Shown here piece after piece: positions 27,595 to 37,491 of a DNA stretch of 64,000 nt; position 1 is the stretch's first letter; each line of letters starts with the position of its first letter. Under the pieces are notes generated by a model. The model was not told the origin of the DNA, searched no databases, and saw only the letters and a program-made list of their open reading frames with translations. A program made the translations under genes and the position numbers. Source of the DNA: an uncultured Prevotellaceae bacterium (GTDB lineage Bacteria; Bacteroidota; Bacteroidia; Bacteroidales; Muribaculaceae); the NCBI GenBank assembly GCA_947254205.1, contig CAMYCE010000001.1:35274-99273 (forward strand), in the 5' to 3' direction.

Positions 27595-30105
27595 TCATGG
27601 CGCAACGCCCATGTGTGGCTTGAGCCACAAATAGGTGGTGACACTTTGCCCCGATAGGTAATAGGCCTTGGCTTTGATCACCATGGCATTGCCCACAGGC
27701 ACCGGAGTGGTCCACACGGGGGAGTTTTCGGTGGGTTCACTGCCATCGAGCGTGTAGCGCACCACCTCGCGACCATAGCGAGTGTTGACTACCAACTTGC
27801 CATCAACGACCTTGATGCCCGGTTGCCCCAAGTGAAAATTCAATCCTTTTTTTGCCAAAATGGGCAATTCCACAAGCCCAATTTTTGCATTATAGCTGGC
27901 GCGTGCAGCCTCAAAACTGCCCGTCACATCATCGTTCCATTCCACAGCAGGGTTCCATGCTCGCTCCACAAGTCCAAGTGCCTTGGGCAACACCATGTTT
28001 TGCACTTGTGCAAAATTGCGAATGGTCTCGGCCCACAGGGGGCCAATGATGCCAATCACGTTTTGTGGCTTGGTGAGCACGGGCTTGCCATTGGCCACAC
28101 GAGCCAAGTCGATGGGCTTGCCATAGTAGTTCACACGAGCCGTTTTGTAGATATTCAAGGGTTGTGAGCTCCATGAGGCAAACTCGTCGACGACACCGCC
28201 CCAGTGCAATCCACGCTCATATTGGTGCCAACTATAGCCCATGTCCATGTAGAAGTTGGTGACATTGGAGAGAATGGTGGGGTAGCCTGCATTGGCAAGG
28301 GTGTAGGGTATTTTAATGTCGCCTCCCACAGTGCTCCAAGCATTTACTCCTGCAAAGCGAGGTGCCATCACGGCATTAAACTCATCGCTATGGCGCAACC
28401 CCACTTCTTGCCAGCCCTGAATTAAAATGTGCTTGGCATAGAGCAAGTCGCTGATGCGTCGCAGATAATACTCGCTCACTTCATGGGCATTTTTGAGCCC
28501 GTTGGCTTTCATGAGCGACTGCACAGCCGGCGAGCCGTCCCATGCCTCACGTGGCACCTCATCGCCTCCCAAGTGCACAACATCGAGCTTGAGCCCTGCA
28601 TCGCGATACATGAGTCGCAACTCTTCGATCACTTTAGTCAAGAAATTATACACTCCCTCTTGAGCCACATTGAGCACATTGTCGTGATAACTTTGTGCCG
28701 AAACAAAATGGCTGGTGTCGGCATCGTCCCACAACTTATATTGAGTGGCGAGAGCCATGTTGGAATCTTTATACTTGTTGTAGCGTGCCTTCATCGCCAC
28801 AATAGCGGCACGTGCATGTCCGGGGGTTTCTATTTCGGGAATTATTTTCACGCCACGGGCATCGGCATACTTGAGAATTTCAACAAAATCGTTGCGAGTG
28901 AGGTAGCCATTGGCACTTTGCGAGCGGTCGTTGGGGTTGCCTGTGCCATCAAAGATTTGTGCCAAAAACTCGTTTTCGCCGGTAGTGCAGCCTCTGCGCG
29001 AAGCCACCTCGGTGAGTTCGGGCAAGCCTGGAATTTCAATGCGCCATGCCTCATCGTCGGTAAAGTGAAATTGATAGCGATTGAGCTTGTAGTAGGCTAA
29101 AATGTCGATAAAACGCTTGATATTATTTTTGGTGGTGAAGTTGCGAGCAATGTCGAGCATCAAGCCACGATAGTGAAAGCCGGGATAATCTTTTATCACA
29201 GCATTGTCGAGGCGATTGCCCTTGCTGTGGTCGATAGCGGCAAGCAGGGTTTTCACTCCATTCATCACGCCCTCTTGGGTTGTGCCAACGATTGTGATGG
29301 TGTCGCCCGTGCCAACAGTGAGTTCATAATATTCGGCATTGTCATTCAGCTTCTTATTGGTGCCTAACGAAATGACCACACGCTGCCCACTCGACACATA
29401 GATGCCACGCTCTTTCAACCCCTCAACAAGCAGCTTGCGCGCCCCTTTGAGCTTGAAATCGAGCATTTTGCCTTTCACACTCACAAGGTTGCCCAGTTGG
29501 GTCGTTCCTGCCGTGAGTGTCACTTGCTTGGGCGATGGAAAAATGTTGTAGCAATGGCTCACTGTTGTGGCACCTGCCAAGGTGGTGTTGAAGTCAAAAA
29601 CCTTGCCACCATCGGGATAATCGTCACGCATAGCCCATTGGCCGGGGTGTGACAACTCGGCTATCTCTATTTTCACCGGCAATGGTGGTTGCGAAGCATT
29701 GCCGAGCACCACATGGCCACCTTGTGGCACATAGCAAATGTTGACCATGTTGCCCCGCATGAGCATGTCGACAACCATCGTGTCGCCCGGGGCAAGTGTC
29801 TTGTAGTGGCTGTTGGGCACCACACGATAATAGGTGGTTGAAATTTCCTTGATGTCGACAGGGCAAGTTTGGGGAGTTTTCACCTTGCGCGAAAATTGGT
29901 TGAAATAGAAGGTCCAATCACGTTGCAAGGGAGCAGTCGACACGTTTTTCACCACAAAGCGACAGCTATAAAAGCCATCGCCTGCCTTGTTGTTGATCAT
30001 TTCCCATTTCACAGCAATTGGCGACTGTTGCGCCATAGCCATCACACCGGTTGCCACAACAACAAATGCCATAGCCAAGTGCTTACACGTTGTAGAGATA
30101 TTCAT
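27595..30105 (-). CDS. GH20 beta-N-acetylhexosaminidase (secreted, multidomain)
   Basis: 836 aa with a signal peptide. GH20 catalytic region ...HLGGDEVPREAW... and the GH20b N-terminal domain. Confidence 0.85.
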   Translation of the reverse strand: MNISTTCKHLAMAFVVVATGVMAMAQQSPIAVKWEMINNKAGDGFYSCRFVVKNVSTAPLQRDWTFYFNQFSRKVKTPQTCPVDIKEISTTYYRVVPNSHYKTLAPGDTMVVDMLMRGNMVNICYVPQGGHVVLGNASQPPLPVKIEIAELSHPGQWAMRDDYPDGGKVFDFNTTLAGATTVSHCYNIFPSPKQVTLTAGTTQLGNLVSVKGKMLDFKLKGARKLLVEGLKERGIYVSSGQRVVISLGTNKKLNDNAEYYELTVGTGDTITIVGTTQEGVMNGVKTLLAAIDHSKGNRLDNAVIKDYPGFHYRGLMLDIARNFTTKNNIKRFIDILAYYKLNRYQFHFTDDEAWRIEIPGLPELTEVASRRGCTTGENEFLAQIFDGTGNPNDRSQSANGYLTRNDFVEILKYADARGVKIIPEIETPGHARAAIVAMKARYNKYKDSNMALATQYKLWDDADTSHFVSAQSYHDNVLNVAQEGVYNFLTKVIEELRLMYRDAGLKLDVVHLGGDEVPREAWDGSPAVQSLMKANGLKNAHEVSEYYLRRISDLLYAKHILIQGWQEVGLRHSDEFNAVMAPRFAGVNAWSTVGGDIKIPYTLANAGYPTILSNVTNFYMDMGYSWHQYERGLHWGGVVDEFASWSSQPLNIYKTARVNYYGKPIDLARVANGKPVLTKPQNVIGIIGPLWAETIRNFAQVQNMVLPKALGLVERAWNPAVEWNDDVTGSFEAARASYNAKIGLVELPILAKKGLNFHLGQPGIKVVDGKLVVNTRYGREVVRYTLDGSEPTENSPVWTTPVPVGNAMVIKAKAYYLSGQSVTTYLWLKPHMGVAP

Positions 30106-30614
30106 TGTTTTATTGTTGTTTCAAGTTTTGTTTTCACTATTTTATCGAGCAGGTTTTCACAGGCATCTTCAAGCAAGTCGAGCACCAATTCAAATCCCTC
30201 AGAACCTTCATAGTAGGGGTCGGGCACATGGTCGTAGTGCGGAAATTGCCTGATGTAGCTACCCATCATCACAATTTTATTGACCTCGTTGAGTGTTGCC
30301 GCCATGGCTTGCAAGTTGGTAAAATTGCCGCGATCCATTGCCACGATGAGATCAAATTCCTCAAAATCGGTTTCCACAACGGGGCGAGCACGATGGGTGA
30401 GTTCATAGCCACGATTACGAGCATGCACGCGCATTCGGCGGTCGGGCAACTGCCCGGCATGACCACTATAGGTGCCGGCCGAGTCGAGCTCAAATTGGGC
30501 CGACAAGCCACGCTCGTCAACAAGCTGTTGCATCACTCCTTGTGCAGCAGGAGAACGGCAGATGTTGCCCAAACACACAAAGAGTATTTTATATCTTTTG
30601 AGATTACTTTTCAT
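30102..30614 (-). CDS. Low-molecular-weight protein-tyrosine phosphatase
   Basis: 170 aa. P-loop CLGNICRSP and a DP dipeptide (DPYY). Overlaps the GH20 start by 4 nt. Confidence 0.85.
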   Translation of the reverse strand: MKSNLKRYKILFVCLGNICRSPAAQGVMQQLVDERGLSAQFELDSAGTYSGHAGQLPDRRMRVHARNRGYELTHRARPVVETDFEEFDLIVAMDRGNFTNLQAMAATLNEVNKIVMMGSYIRQFPHYDHVPDPYYEGSEGFELVLDLLEDACENLLDKIVKTKLETTIKQ

Positions 30615-30759
30615 TATGTCACAATTTTAATGCAATATTACTGCTTTTTTGCCAATCACCCAAAAATTCACACGCTTTCCGGTTCAACAGATTTTGCCGG
30701 TTGATAGAATATGATGACAGGCATTCCTATTATAAGCACAATTGATTATAGATGAGCAC

Positions 30760-30787
30760 AGTAGAGACGATGCATGCATCGTCTCTA
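30760..30787. promoter_or_regulatory. Perfect 28-bp palindrome GTAGAGACGATGCA|TGCATCGTCTCTAC
   Basis: Seen in the sequence, about 150 nt upstream of the PTP gene start. No coding explanation. Confidence 0.3.
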
Positions 30788-30828
30788 CCCTCCCATAAAA
30801 TCACCCTGAGTCATCTTTTGCGCATGTG

Positions 30829-30865
30829 CCAAAAAATGGACCAATCCCGAGTAGAATTGGTCCAT
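30829..30865 (-). terminator. Rho-independent terminator of the 30904..32058 gene (stem AATGGACCAAT/ATTGGTCCATT, then a U-run on the minus strand)
   Basis: 11-bp perfect stem. The plus-strand A6 run immediately 5' of it gives a U-run on the minus strand. Confidence 0.5.
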
Positions 30866-30903
30866 TTCTTGGAGTTTAATAAAACTAATATTGGAATGTT
30901 TCT

Positions 30904-32058
30904 TTATTTCATCACTTTGGTTGTGCTCACGGTACCATCGCTATAGCGAGTCACCACCAAGTTCACCCCATTAAATGGAGTTGCGCTTTGCATGCCTGCC
31001 AAGTTCACATAGCTGATGCCGGCAACAGTTTTGGTTGTGGCCACGTTCTCAACTGCCGATGGGTCGCCATCAACAATGAATTTCTCGGCGTTGGTGAAAT
31101 AAGTCTTAGCGGCCGAACACTCATTAAACCAATATCCTGTAGTTGACATAACAGTCCACTTGCCATCAAAATCAATTTGATTGGGGTGTCCTTTAATTGT
31201 GCCGGTAATGGCTTGAGGTTCTACACCCTCAAGGTTGGATGAGGGATAGAAATTGCCCTGTTCTTCGCCAGCTTCTATAACCACATCGGTTGAAACTGCA
31301 ATAGTAGAGTCTTTTTTAACATCAATAGCCACTTGAAAGCCCCAGCCACCAAAGTTGTTGATAATGGCCTTGTGGTTTTCAACATCTTGAGTGATGATAA
31401 CCTTAGATTCAATATTTTTGGAACCGGCTTTCTCTTTCTGAGTGAGAGCCATCTTGCCGTTAGGTTCCTTGAAAATCGAAGAAGTGAAAATCATGTCCGA
31501 GAAAAATTGACCTGCATATTGCCCCGAAGCAATGAAACCACCATAAGGAGTGTTGATTTCGATTGTGCCATCATCGTTGATCACACCTGTGATGGGTTTT
31601 TGTTTGTCAATCTTCGCTTTTCCACCTTCGGTTGTATAGGTGTAAAGAATATTGTTGCCATATTCATCGTGCACAAAGACCACTTGCCCCGGAGCAATTG
31701 AGAATGTGCCGGCCGCCAAGTCGACAGTAGCCTTGATTTCCTTGCCACCACCACACAGATTTTTAAAGATAATCGTGTTGGGCTCGGTGCCCACAGTGAC
31801 GGTGACTTCGTGGTTGGTCACACATTTTGTAGTGGGAAGAATATTAACAGTTACATACTCCTTTGCCAAATCATTGAGCGACTTAGCCTTTTGAGGTGCA
31901 CCATAGGTGCGCAACATGGCAAAAGCATCGGCAGTAGACTTTTGCGCCACCTTAATAGTAGAAGAAGGGGTTAACACTCGCCGGGCAAAGTTGAAAGCAC
32001 CAGCATTCATGGTTACGGCTGTTGCGAGAGCAACAATTGCAAGTAACGTTTTTTTCAT
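30904..32058 (-). CDS. Secreted hypothetical protein with a conserved ~50-aa C-terminal module shared with the 36730..37407 gene
   Basis: 384 aa with a signal peptide (MKKTLLAIVALATAVTMNA). C-terminus ...SAVENVATTKTVAGISYVNLAGMQSATPFNGVNLVVTRYSDGTVSTTKVMK. Confidence 0.6.
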   Translation of the reverse strand: MKKTLLAIVALATAVTMNAGAFNFARRVLTPSSTIKVAQKSTADAFAMLRTYGAPQKAKSLNDLAKEYVTVNILPTTKCVTNHEVTVTVGTEPNTIIFKNLCGGGKEIKATVDLAAGTFSIAPGQVVFVHDEYGNNILYTYTTEGGKAKIDKQKPITGVINDDGTIEINTPYGGFIASGQYAGQFFSDMIFTSSIFKEPNGKMALTQKEKAGSKNIESKVIITQDVENHKAIINNFGGWGFQVAIDVKKDSTIAVSTDVVIEAGEEQGNFYPSSNLEGVEPQAITGTIKGHPNQIDFDGKWTVMSTTGYWFNECSAAKTYFTNAEKFIVDGDPSAVENVATTKTVAGISYVNLAGMQSATPFNGVNLVVTRYSDGTVSTTKVMK

Positions 32059-32344
32059 AATAGCTTAGTTTTTTAAATTAGAAAATATAATTAATTAAGT
32101 TTTTTCAAAAAACTGCAAACATGAATGAACCAATAGTTTTTAAAGCTGTGAGGTTCTTCTGTAGCACAAATATAGGCATTTTTTTGATAAATGCAAACAA
32201 ATTATCATATTTTCTTAAAATCAAATTAAAATTTTCAGTTTTTCATCATTATGTCGTAATTTTGTAACATGAAAAATCGCAAGCAAAATGAAATTTTATA
32301 ACTCATTCAGCCATTCATCAACAAATACTCCAACAAGTGGCACA

Positions 32345-33076
32345 ATGCGTGCTTTGCCTGCTGTGGTGCTCGTGTTGCTTGTCGCAATCATAGCTTTGAG
32401 CTTCAGCAGTTGTGGAGGCGATGAGCAACCGGTGAAATATGTGCTCAAGCAAGACTCCACCACTGCCAACCTCGGCGACCAAGCTCCCCCTTTACCGGCA
32501 GGAGGCGTTGTGCATCGGTTAAAAAACCACATGGTGCCCGGCAGGCTCAAAAACATCTTCAACGACAGCAACCACATTCAGCTACCAGTGGCGCAAGCCC
32601 ACGGCATCGCCCCTATCACCGACTTCAAGAGTGCCTACTATCTCAAGCAACCCATCGAGCGACTCTACACAACCAACCTCTATTATGTTGACTCAATGAA
32701 ACATGCCATGCCCTATCTTGTGCCCAAAGCGGCAACACTGTTGCGCGACATTGCTCAAGCTTTTCACGACACCATCATTGCGCGCGGAGGCAAAGACTAC
32801 AGGCTAAGGGTGACCAGCATGTTGCGCACCGACTACTCGGTGGCCCGCCTGCAAAAACGCAATCGTGCAGCGACTTCGCAGTCGTGTCACCTCTATGGCA
32901 CAACCTTCGACATCAGCTGGGTGAAATTTGACTGCATGGACCCTACTTTTCAAGTTTCGCTTGAAAGCTTAAAAAACATTTTGGCCGAAATCATCTACGA
33001 CTTTCGAGAACGGGGCCGGTGCTATGCCATCTTTGAAAACCGGCAAGGGTGCTTTCACATCACTGTGAGAAAATAA
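32345..33076 (+). CDS. Hypothetical lipoprotein
   Basis: The ORF-track frame begins at 32288, and the internal Met at 32345 gives a signal peptide plus lipobox (MRALPAVVLVLLVAIIALSFSSCGG). No recognisable domain. Confidence 0.5.
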   Translation: MRALPAVVLVLLVAIIALSFSSCGGDEQPVKYVLKQDSTTANLGDQAPPLPAGGVVHRLKNHMVPGRLKNIFNDSNHIQLPVAQAHGIAPITDFKSAYYLKQPIERLYTTNLYYVDSMKHAMPYLVPKAATLLRDIAQAFHDTIIARGGKDYRLRVTSMLRTDYSVARLQKRNRAATSQSCHLYGTTFDISWVKFDCMDPTFQVSLESLKNILAEIIYDFRERGRCYAIFENRQGCFHITVRK

Positions 33077-33125
33077 GAATAACACGACACACACATATAT
33101 CTTATATATAACTCATCTAAAAATC

Positions 33126-33872
33126 ATGACCGAACAAAATGCCATTGCTCAATATCTGAAATATTCGGGCAACAAATGTATCGACGTGACAACCGCTCTT
33201 GTCGACTGCGACGGGGTGCTCTATGACTCAATGAAAAATCACACACGTGCTTGGGTGAAACTCATGCAAAAAAATGGTGTGAAGTGCACACGCGACGAGT
33301 TTTATCTCTATGAGGGAATGACCGGCACCGAAATTCTTAAACTCATGTTTAAACGTGGCACTGGTCGCAACCTCACCAACGAAGAAGCAGGGGAACTCTA
33401 TAAAGTGAAAGGGCGATATTTCAAAGAATTGGGGCAACCGCCCATGATGCCAGGAGCCATCGAGGTGCTCACCACTCTCAAGAACTATGGCATTAAAAAC
33501 TTTCTTGTCACCGGCTCGGGCGAGCCCACCATTTTGGAGCGCATTGCTCACGACTATGAGGGGCTATTTGAAGAGGAGCGCATCACCGCCCACGACACCC
33601 ATCACGGCAAGCCCAATCCCGAACCCTATCTGCGCGGACAAGAAAAAGCAGGAGCGCGAGCTCACCAATGCATCGTGATAGAAAATGCCCCATTGGGAGT
33701 GCAAGCCGGGCACGCTTCGGGCTGTTTCACCATAGGGGTAACCACCGGTCCCATTCCCGAAAAAGAAATGTATCGGGCCGGAGCCAACATGGTGTATCGC
33801 GACATGCACGCCCTTGCCCAAGCCCTGCCCTCCCTGCTCGCAGCATTCAAAGCCACACTCTCCAGCCAATAA
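33126..33872 (+). CDS. HAD-superfamily hydrolase (beta-phosphoglucomutase-like phosphatase)
   Basis: 248 aa. Motif I DCDGVLYDS, motif II ...LVTGSG..., and a K/D...D motif III region. Confidence 0.8.
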   Translation: MTEQNAIAQYLKYSGNKCIDVTTALVDCDGVLYDSMKNHTRAWVKLMQKNGVKCTRDEFYLYEGMTGTEILKLMFKRGTGRNLTNEEAGELYKVKGRYFKELGQPPMMPGAIEVLTTLKNYGIKNFLVTGSGEPTILERIAHDYEGLFEEERITAHDTHHGKPNPEPYLRGQEKAGARAHQCIVIENAPLGVQAGHASGCFTIGVTTGPIPEKEMYRAGANMVYRDMHALAQALPSLLAAFKATLSSQ

Positions 33873-33883
33873 GCAACCGCCAC

Positions 33884-34939
33884 ATGCCACAACAAGTTAT
33901 TTTCACCAACGAGGTCGAACAAGCCATCAATCAAGCCATCAATAGCCACGGTAGGGGCAAGGTAGCTGTGATTGTCGACCACAACACTCGCCGGCATGTG
34001 TTGCCACAGTTGCAAGTGCTCAACGAGGCTTTGGTCATCGAAATTCCATGTGGCGACGAGCACAAGTCGCTCGACACGCTATCGCTGGTGTGGACACAAC
34101 TGAGCAATGCCAGCATCACCCGAGGCTCGGTGATTGTGAACTTGGGCGGGGGCGTGATTACCGACTTGGGCGGACTTGCAGCCTCAACCTTCAAGCGTGG
34201 AGTGCCTTTTATCAATGTGCCCACTACCCTATTGGGTGCTGTTGATGCTGCAGTGGGAGGCAAAACGGGCATCAACTTCAACGGGCTAAAAAATGAAATT
34301 GGCTGTTTTGCCGAAGCAAGTCATGTGATCGTGTCAACACGATTTTTCGACACGCTGCCTCGTCGCGAGGTCATGTCGGGCTATGCCGAAATGCTCAAGC
34401 ACGCCTTGCTCACCGGCGAAGCCCACTTTGGCTCACTGCTGCACTTCGACCCCACATGCGCCAATGGCAACAACGACTTGTTGCAACTGCTCAAGCAATC
34501 GGTGCAAGTGAAAATGCACATTGTGGCTATCGACCCTCACGAGAAGGGCCCACGACGTGCTCTCAACCTTGGCCACACCGTGGGACACGCCTTTGAGAGC
34601 ATGGCCATGCACGCCGGGCACGCCATGCCTCACGGCTATGCAGTGGCATGGGGACTGGTGGTCGAGATGGTGCTCTCGCACATGTTACTTCAATTTCCAA
34701 GCCGGCAACTGCACAATCTTGCAACCTATGTGCTCGCCCACTACCAGCACCCTTTCACTTTCACTTGCGACGATTACAATGCCTTGCTCATGCTCATGAG
34801 GCACGACAAAAAAAGCCAACATGGCGAAATCAATTGCACTTTGCTTGGCTCATGTGGCAACTATGTGATCGACAACACGATAAAAGACGACGACATGAAG
34901 ACGGCACTCGACATCTTTCGCGATCTCATGCACATGTAG
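33884..34939 (+). CDS. aroB: 3-dehydroquinate synthase
   Basis: Starts at the ATG at 33884 (MPQQVIFTNE...) inside the longer ORF-track frame. Contains GGGVITDLGGLAASTFKRGVPFINVPTTLL..AVDAAVGGKTGIN and HAxEs. Confidence 0.9.
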   Translation: MPQQVIFTNEVEQAINQAINSHGRGKVAVIVDHNTRRHVLPQLQVLNEALVIEIPCGDEHKSLDTLSLVWTQLSNASITRGSVIVNLGGGVITDLGGLAASTFKRGVPFINVPTTLLGAVDAAVGGKTGINFNGLKNEIGCFAEASHVIVSTRFFDTLPRREVMSGYAEMLKHALLTGEAHFGSLLHFDPTCANGNNDLLQLLKQSVQVKMHIVAIDPHEKGPRRALNLGHTVGHAFESMAMHAGHAMPHGYAVAWGLVVEMVLSHMLLQFPSRQLHNLATYVLAHYQHPFTFTCDDYNALLMLMRHDKKSQHGEINCTLLGSCGNYVIDNTIKDDDMKTALDIFRDLMHM

Positions 34940-35065
34940 CCCTGCCAAGGCAAGAGAAATTGCTTAAATTCTAAAAAAAAACTCCCAAAACTATTGCACA
35001 ATCTTGAAAACGTTGCTATCTTTGCACTGCTCAAAGGGAGAACCCCTCCCTGCAAAACAAAAGAG

Positions 35066-35141
35066 CGGGATGTAGCTCAGTCCGGTTTAGAGTACACGTC
35101 TGGGGGGCGTGGGGTCGCTGGTTCGAATCCAGTCATCCCGA
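35066..35141 (+). tRNA. tRNA-Pro (anticodon GGG)
   Basis: Manually folded: acceptor CGGGATG/CATCCCG (C1:G72 as in bacterial tRNA-Pro), D stem GCTC/GAGT, anticodon stem CACGT/GCGTG with loop CTGGGGG (U33, G37), T stem GCTGG/CCAGT with loop TTCGAAT, discriminator A. Confidence 0.85.
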
Positions 35142-35150
35142 CTGAAAGTT

Positions 35151-35187
35151 AAAAGGTTGATTATCAAAAATCAACCTTTTCTTTTTG
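35151..35187 (+). terminator. Rho-independent terminator after tRNA-Pro (stem AAAAGGTTGAT/ATCAACCTTTT, then TCTTTTT)
   Basis: Seen in the sequence. Confidence 0.55.
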
Positions 35188-35284
35188 CCCCATTCCAGCA
35201 GCCACAAAGCGGGACTCAGTAGGAAAATTTCATAACGTCCTATAAACAAGCCACGTAGAGACAATACACAGAGTCTCAAGGGCT

Positions 35285-35323
35285 AAAAAAAAAAACAGGC
35301 AGTGCCAAGTTTTTGGCACTGCC
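35285..35323 (-). terminator. Rho-independent terminator of fbaA (stem GGCAGTGCC/GGCACTGCC, then a U-run on the minus strand)
   Basis: 9-bp stem. The plus-strand A11 run immediately 5' of it gives a U-run on the minus strand. Confidence 0.55.
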
Positions 35324-35354
35324 ATGTTATAGTATAAATAAGGTGTCAAACAAA

Positions 35355-36353
35355 CTATGCTTTGCCGTTGCTCCCCAGCACATTGTTGATTTTGTGCATG
35401 TAGAGCTCGGTCATCAGGTCGCGAGCAGGACCACAATATTTGCGAGGGTCAAACTCGGCAGGTTTCTCGGCAAACACCTTGCGCACTGCTGCCGTGAAGG
35501 CCAAGCGGCTATCGCTGTCGATGTTGATTTTGCACACGGCGCTCTTGGAGGCACGGCGCAACTGTTCTTCGGGAATGCCAACTGCATCGGGCAACTTGCC
35601 ACCATTCTCGTTGATAATCTTCACATATTCTTGTGGCACCGACGACGAGCCGTGCAACACAATGGGGAAGCCTGGCAATTTTTCCATGATGGCATCGAGC
35701 ACATCAAAGGCCAGTGGGGGTGGAACAAGAAGGCCTGTTTTGGGGTCGCGGGTGCATTGCTCGGGCTTGAACTTATAGGCACCATGGCTTGTGCCAATTG
35801 AAATGGCCAATGAGTCAACGCCTGTTTTGCTGGTGAAGTCGATCACTTCCTCGGGCTTGGTGTAGTGAGACACTTCGCTGGCCACCTCGTCTTCAACGCC
35901 GGCAAGCACACCAAGTTCACCCTCAACCGTCACGTCAAATTGGTGGGCATATTCCACTACCTTCTTGGTGAGGGCCACATTCTCGTCATAGGGCAACGAC
36001 GAGCCATCGATCATCACACTCGAGAAGCCAAAGTCAACACAGCTCTTGCACAGCTCAAAGCTATCGCCATGGTCGAGATGGAGCACAATTTGGGGTTTCT
36101 CCCAACCCAACTCCTTGGCATACTCAACTGCGCCCTGAGCCATGTAGCGCAGGAGAGTTTGGTTGGCATAGTTGCGTGCACCCTTTGATACTTGCAAAAT
36201 AACAGGCGACTTGGTGGTAGAAGCTGCCTTGATAATTGCCTGAAGCTGCTCCATGTTGTTGAAATTGAATGCAGGAATTGCATATCCGCCTTCAATTGCC
36301 TTAGCAAACATCTCGCGAGTGTTGACGAGACCTAAATCCTTGTAATTTACCAT
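35355..36353 (-). CDS. fbaA: Class II fructose-1,6-bisphosphate aldolase
   Basis: 332 aa. ...HLDHG..., ...GELG..., and the HGSSSVPQEY motifs of class II FBA. Confidence 0.92.
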   Translation of the reverse strand: MVNYKDLGLVNTREMFAKAIEGGYAIPAFNFNNMEQLQAIIKAASTTKSPVILQVSKGARNYANQTLLRYMAQGAVEYAKELGWEKPQIVLHLDHGDSFELCKSCVDFGFSSVMIDGSSLPYDENVALTKKVVEYAHQFDVTVEGELGVLAGVEDEVASEVSHYTKPEEVIDFTSKTGVDSLAISIGTSHGAYKFKPEQCTRDPKTGLLVPPPLAFDVLDAIMEKLPGFPIVLHGSSSVPQEYVKIINENGGKLPDAVGIPEEQLRRASKSAVCKINIDSDSRLAFTAAVRKVFAEKPAEFDPRKYCGPARDLMTELYMHKINNVLGSNGKA

Positions 36354-36729
36354 TGTTATAGATTTTTATTTTGTAAAAAAACAATCTTTTTATTTACTCT
36401 CAAACTAAATTTCCCGTTGTGAATAAAATTCACATTCGATCAATATCTTGAATTCACTCACAAAGTTAACCATTTATCTTCACTTGTGGAAGTGGAGGAA
36501 TGATAAAATTTATAAAAACACTCTTTGGCCGTTAAACCTTATTATAGAAGTGATGCAAAGTGAAAAAATAAAAAAACGGCAAAAAAACTTGTTTTATTAG
36601 TTTTTTATTTGTTATCTTTGTTTGCTGTTAGACTTGTAGCTATGCACAAGAGGGAAATCTGGAGAGCATAGACCACACTTAGTGCTATGATTAAAAATAT
36701 TATAAATTTATAAACATCTAACAAATCAA

Positions 36730-37407
36730 TTGATTATGAAATTCAAATCTTTACTCTTTGCTGCGCTTGCATTTGCAAGCATGAGCGCAATGGCAGATGT
36801 GTCGGCTACCGACTACTTCACCATTGATGACATTAATGCAAAAGTAGGTGAAACAGTTACCGTTCCTGTTAAACTCGTCAACCCAACAGCCGACTATGCT
36901 GCTGTTCAATTTTTTGTGAAGCCTGCAACTGCCAACGACTCTAAAGGCATCAAAACAGTGCTCGATGCAGGAAAGCCATGGTTGAACCCAACCGGCCGCT
37001 CTAATGCCGGAGAGAAAGTCACATGGGCTGGCAACGTGGTTGATGGTGAAATCATCAGAGCCGTAGGCGTGCAAATGAGCAACAAGACTTCTCTCACAAA
37101 ATCGGACAAAGGCGATGCTGTAGTTGAATTCAAGATTGAAATTCTCAAAGAAGGCACTTATAACTACGAAATCACCGACGGACACGCTTCGGACGGCAAG
37201 GGCACTGACCCCGACTTCCAGAAAAAGACTTTCAAGGTAACAGCTACTGCAAGTGCTGTGAAAGATGTTACTACTGCCAAAGAAGTTGCTGGTGTGAAAT
37301 ACTACAACATTGCTGGTGTTGAAAGCGCACAACCATTTGATGGCATCAATGTTGTTGTAACCACCTACACCGATGGTAGCAAGACAACTACTAAGGTTGT
37401 GAAATAA
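36730..37407 (+). CDS. Secreted hypothetical protein with the same conserved C-terminal module as the 30904..32058 gene
   Basis: 225 aa with a signal peptide (MKFKSLLFAALAFASMSAMA). C-terminus ...SAVKDVTTAKEVAGVKYYNIAGVESAQPFDGINVVVTTYTDGSKTTTKVVK. Confidence 0.6.
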   Translation: MIMKFKSLLFAALAFASMSAMADVSATDYFTIDDINAKVGETVTVPVKLVNPTADYAAVQFFVKPATANDSKGIKTVLDAGKPWLNPTGRSNAGEKVTWAGNVVDGEIIRAVGVQMSNKTSLTKSDKGDAVVEFKIEILKEGTYNYEITDGHASDGKGTDPDFQKKTFKVTATASAVKDVTTAKEVAGVKYYNIAGVESAQPFDGINVVVTTYTDGSKTTTKVVK

Positions 37408-37454
37408 CAGAAAAACAACATGAGTGCCCCCGTGGCACTTCGCAAAACCCCATA

Positions 37455-37491
37455 AACAAGGAGTTTGAGCCATGCGCTCAAGCTCCTTGTT
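37455..37491 (+). terminator. 16-bp hairpin (AACAAGGAGTTTGAGC/GCTCAAGCTCCTTGTT) downstream of the 36730..37407 gene
   Basis: Seen in the sequence, preceded by a second small hairpin (AGTGCC-ccc-GTGGCACT). No clear U-run. Confidence 0.4.
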
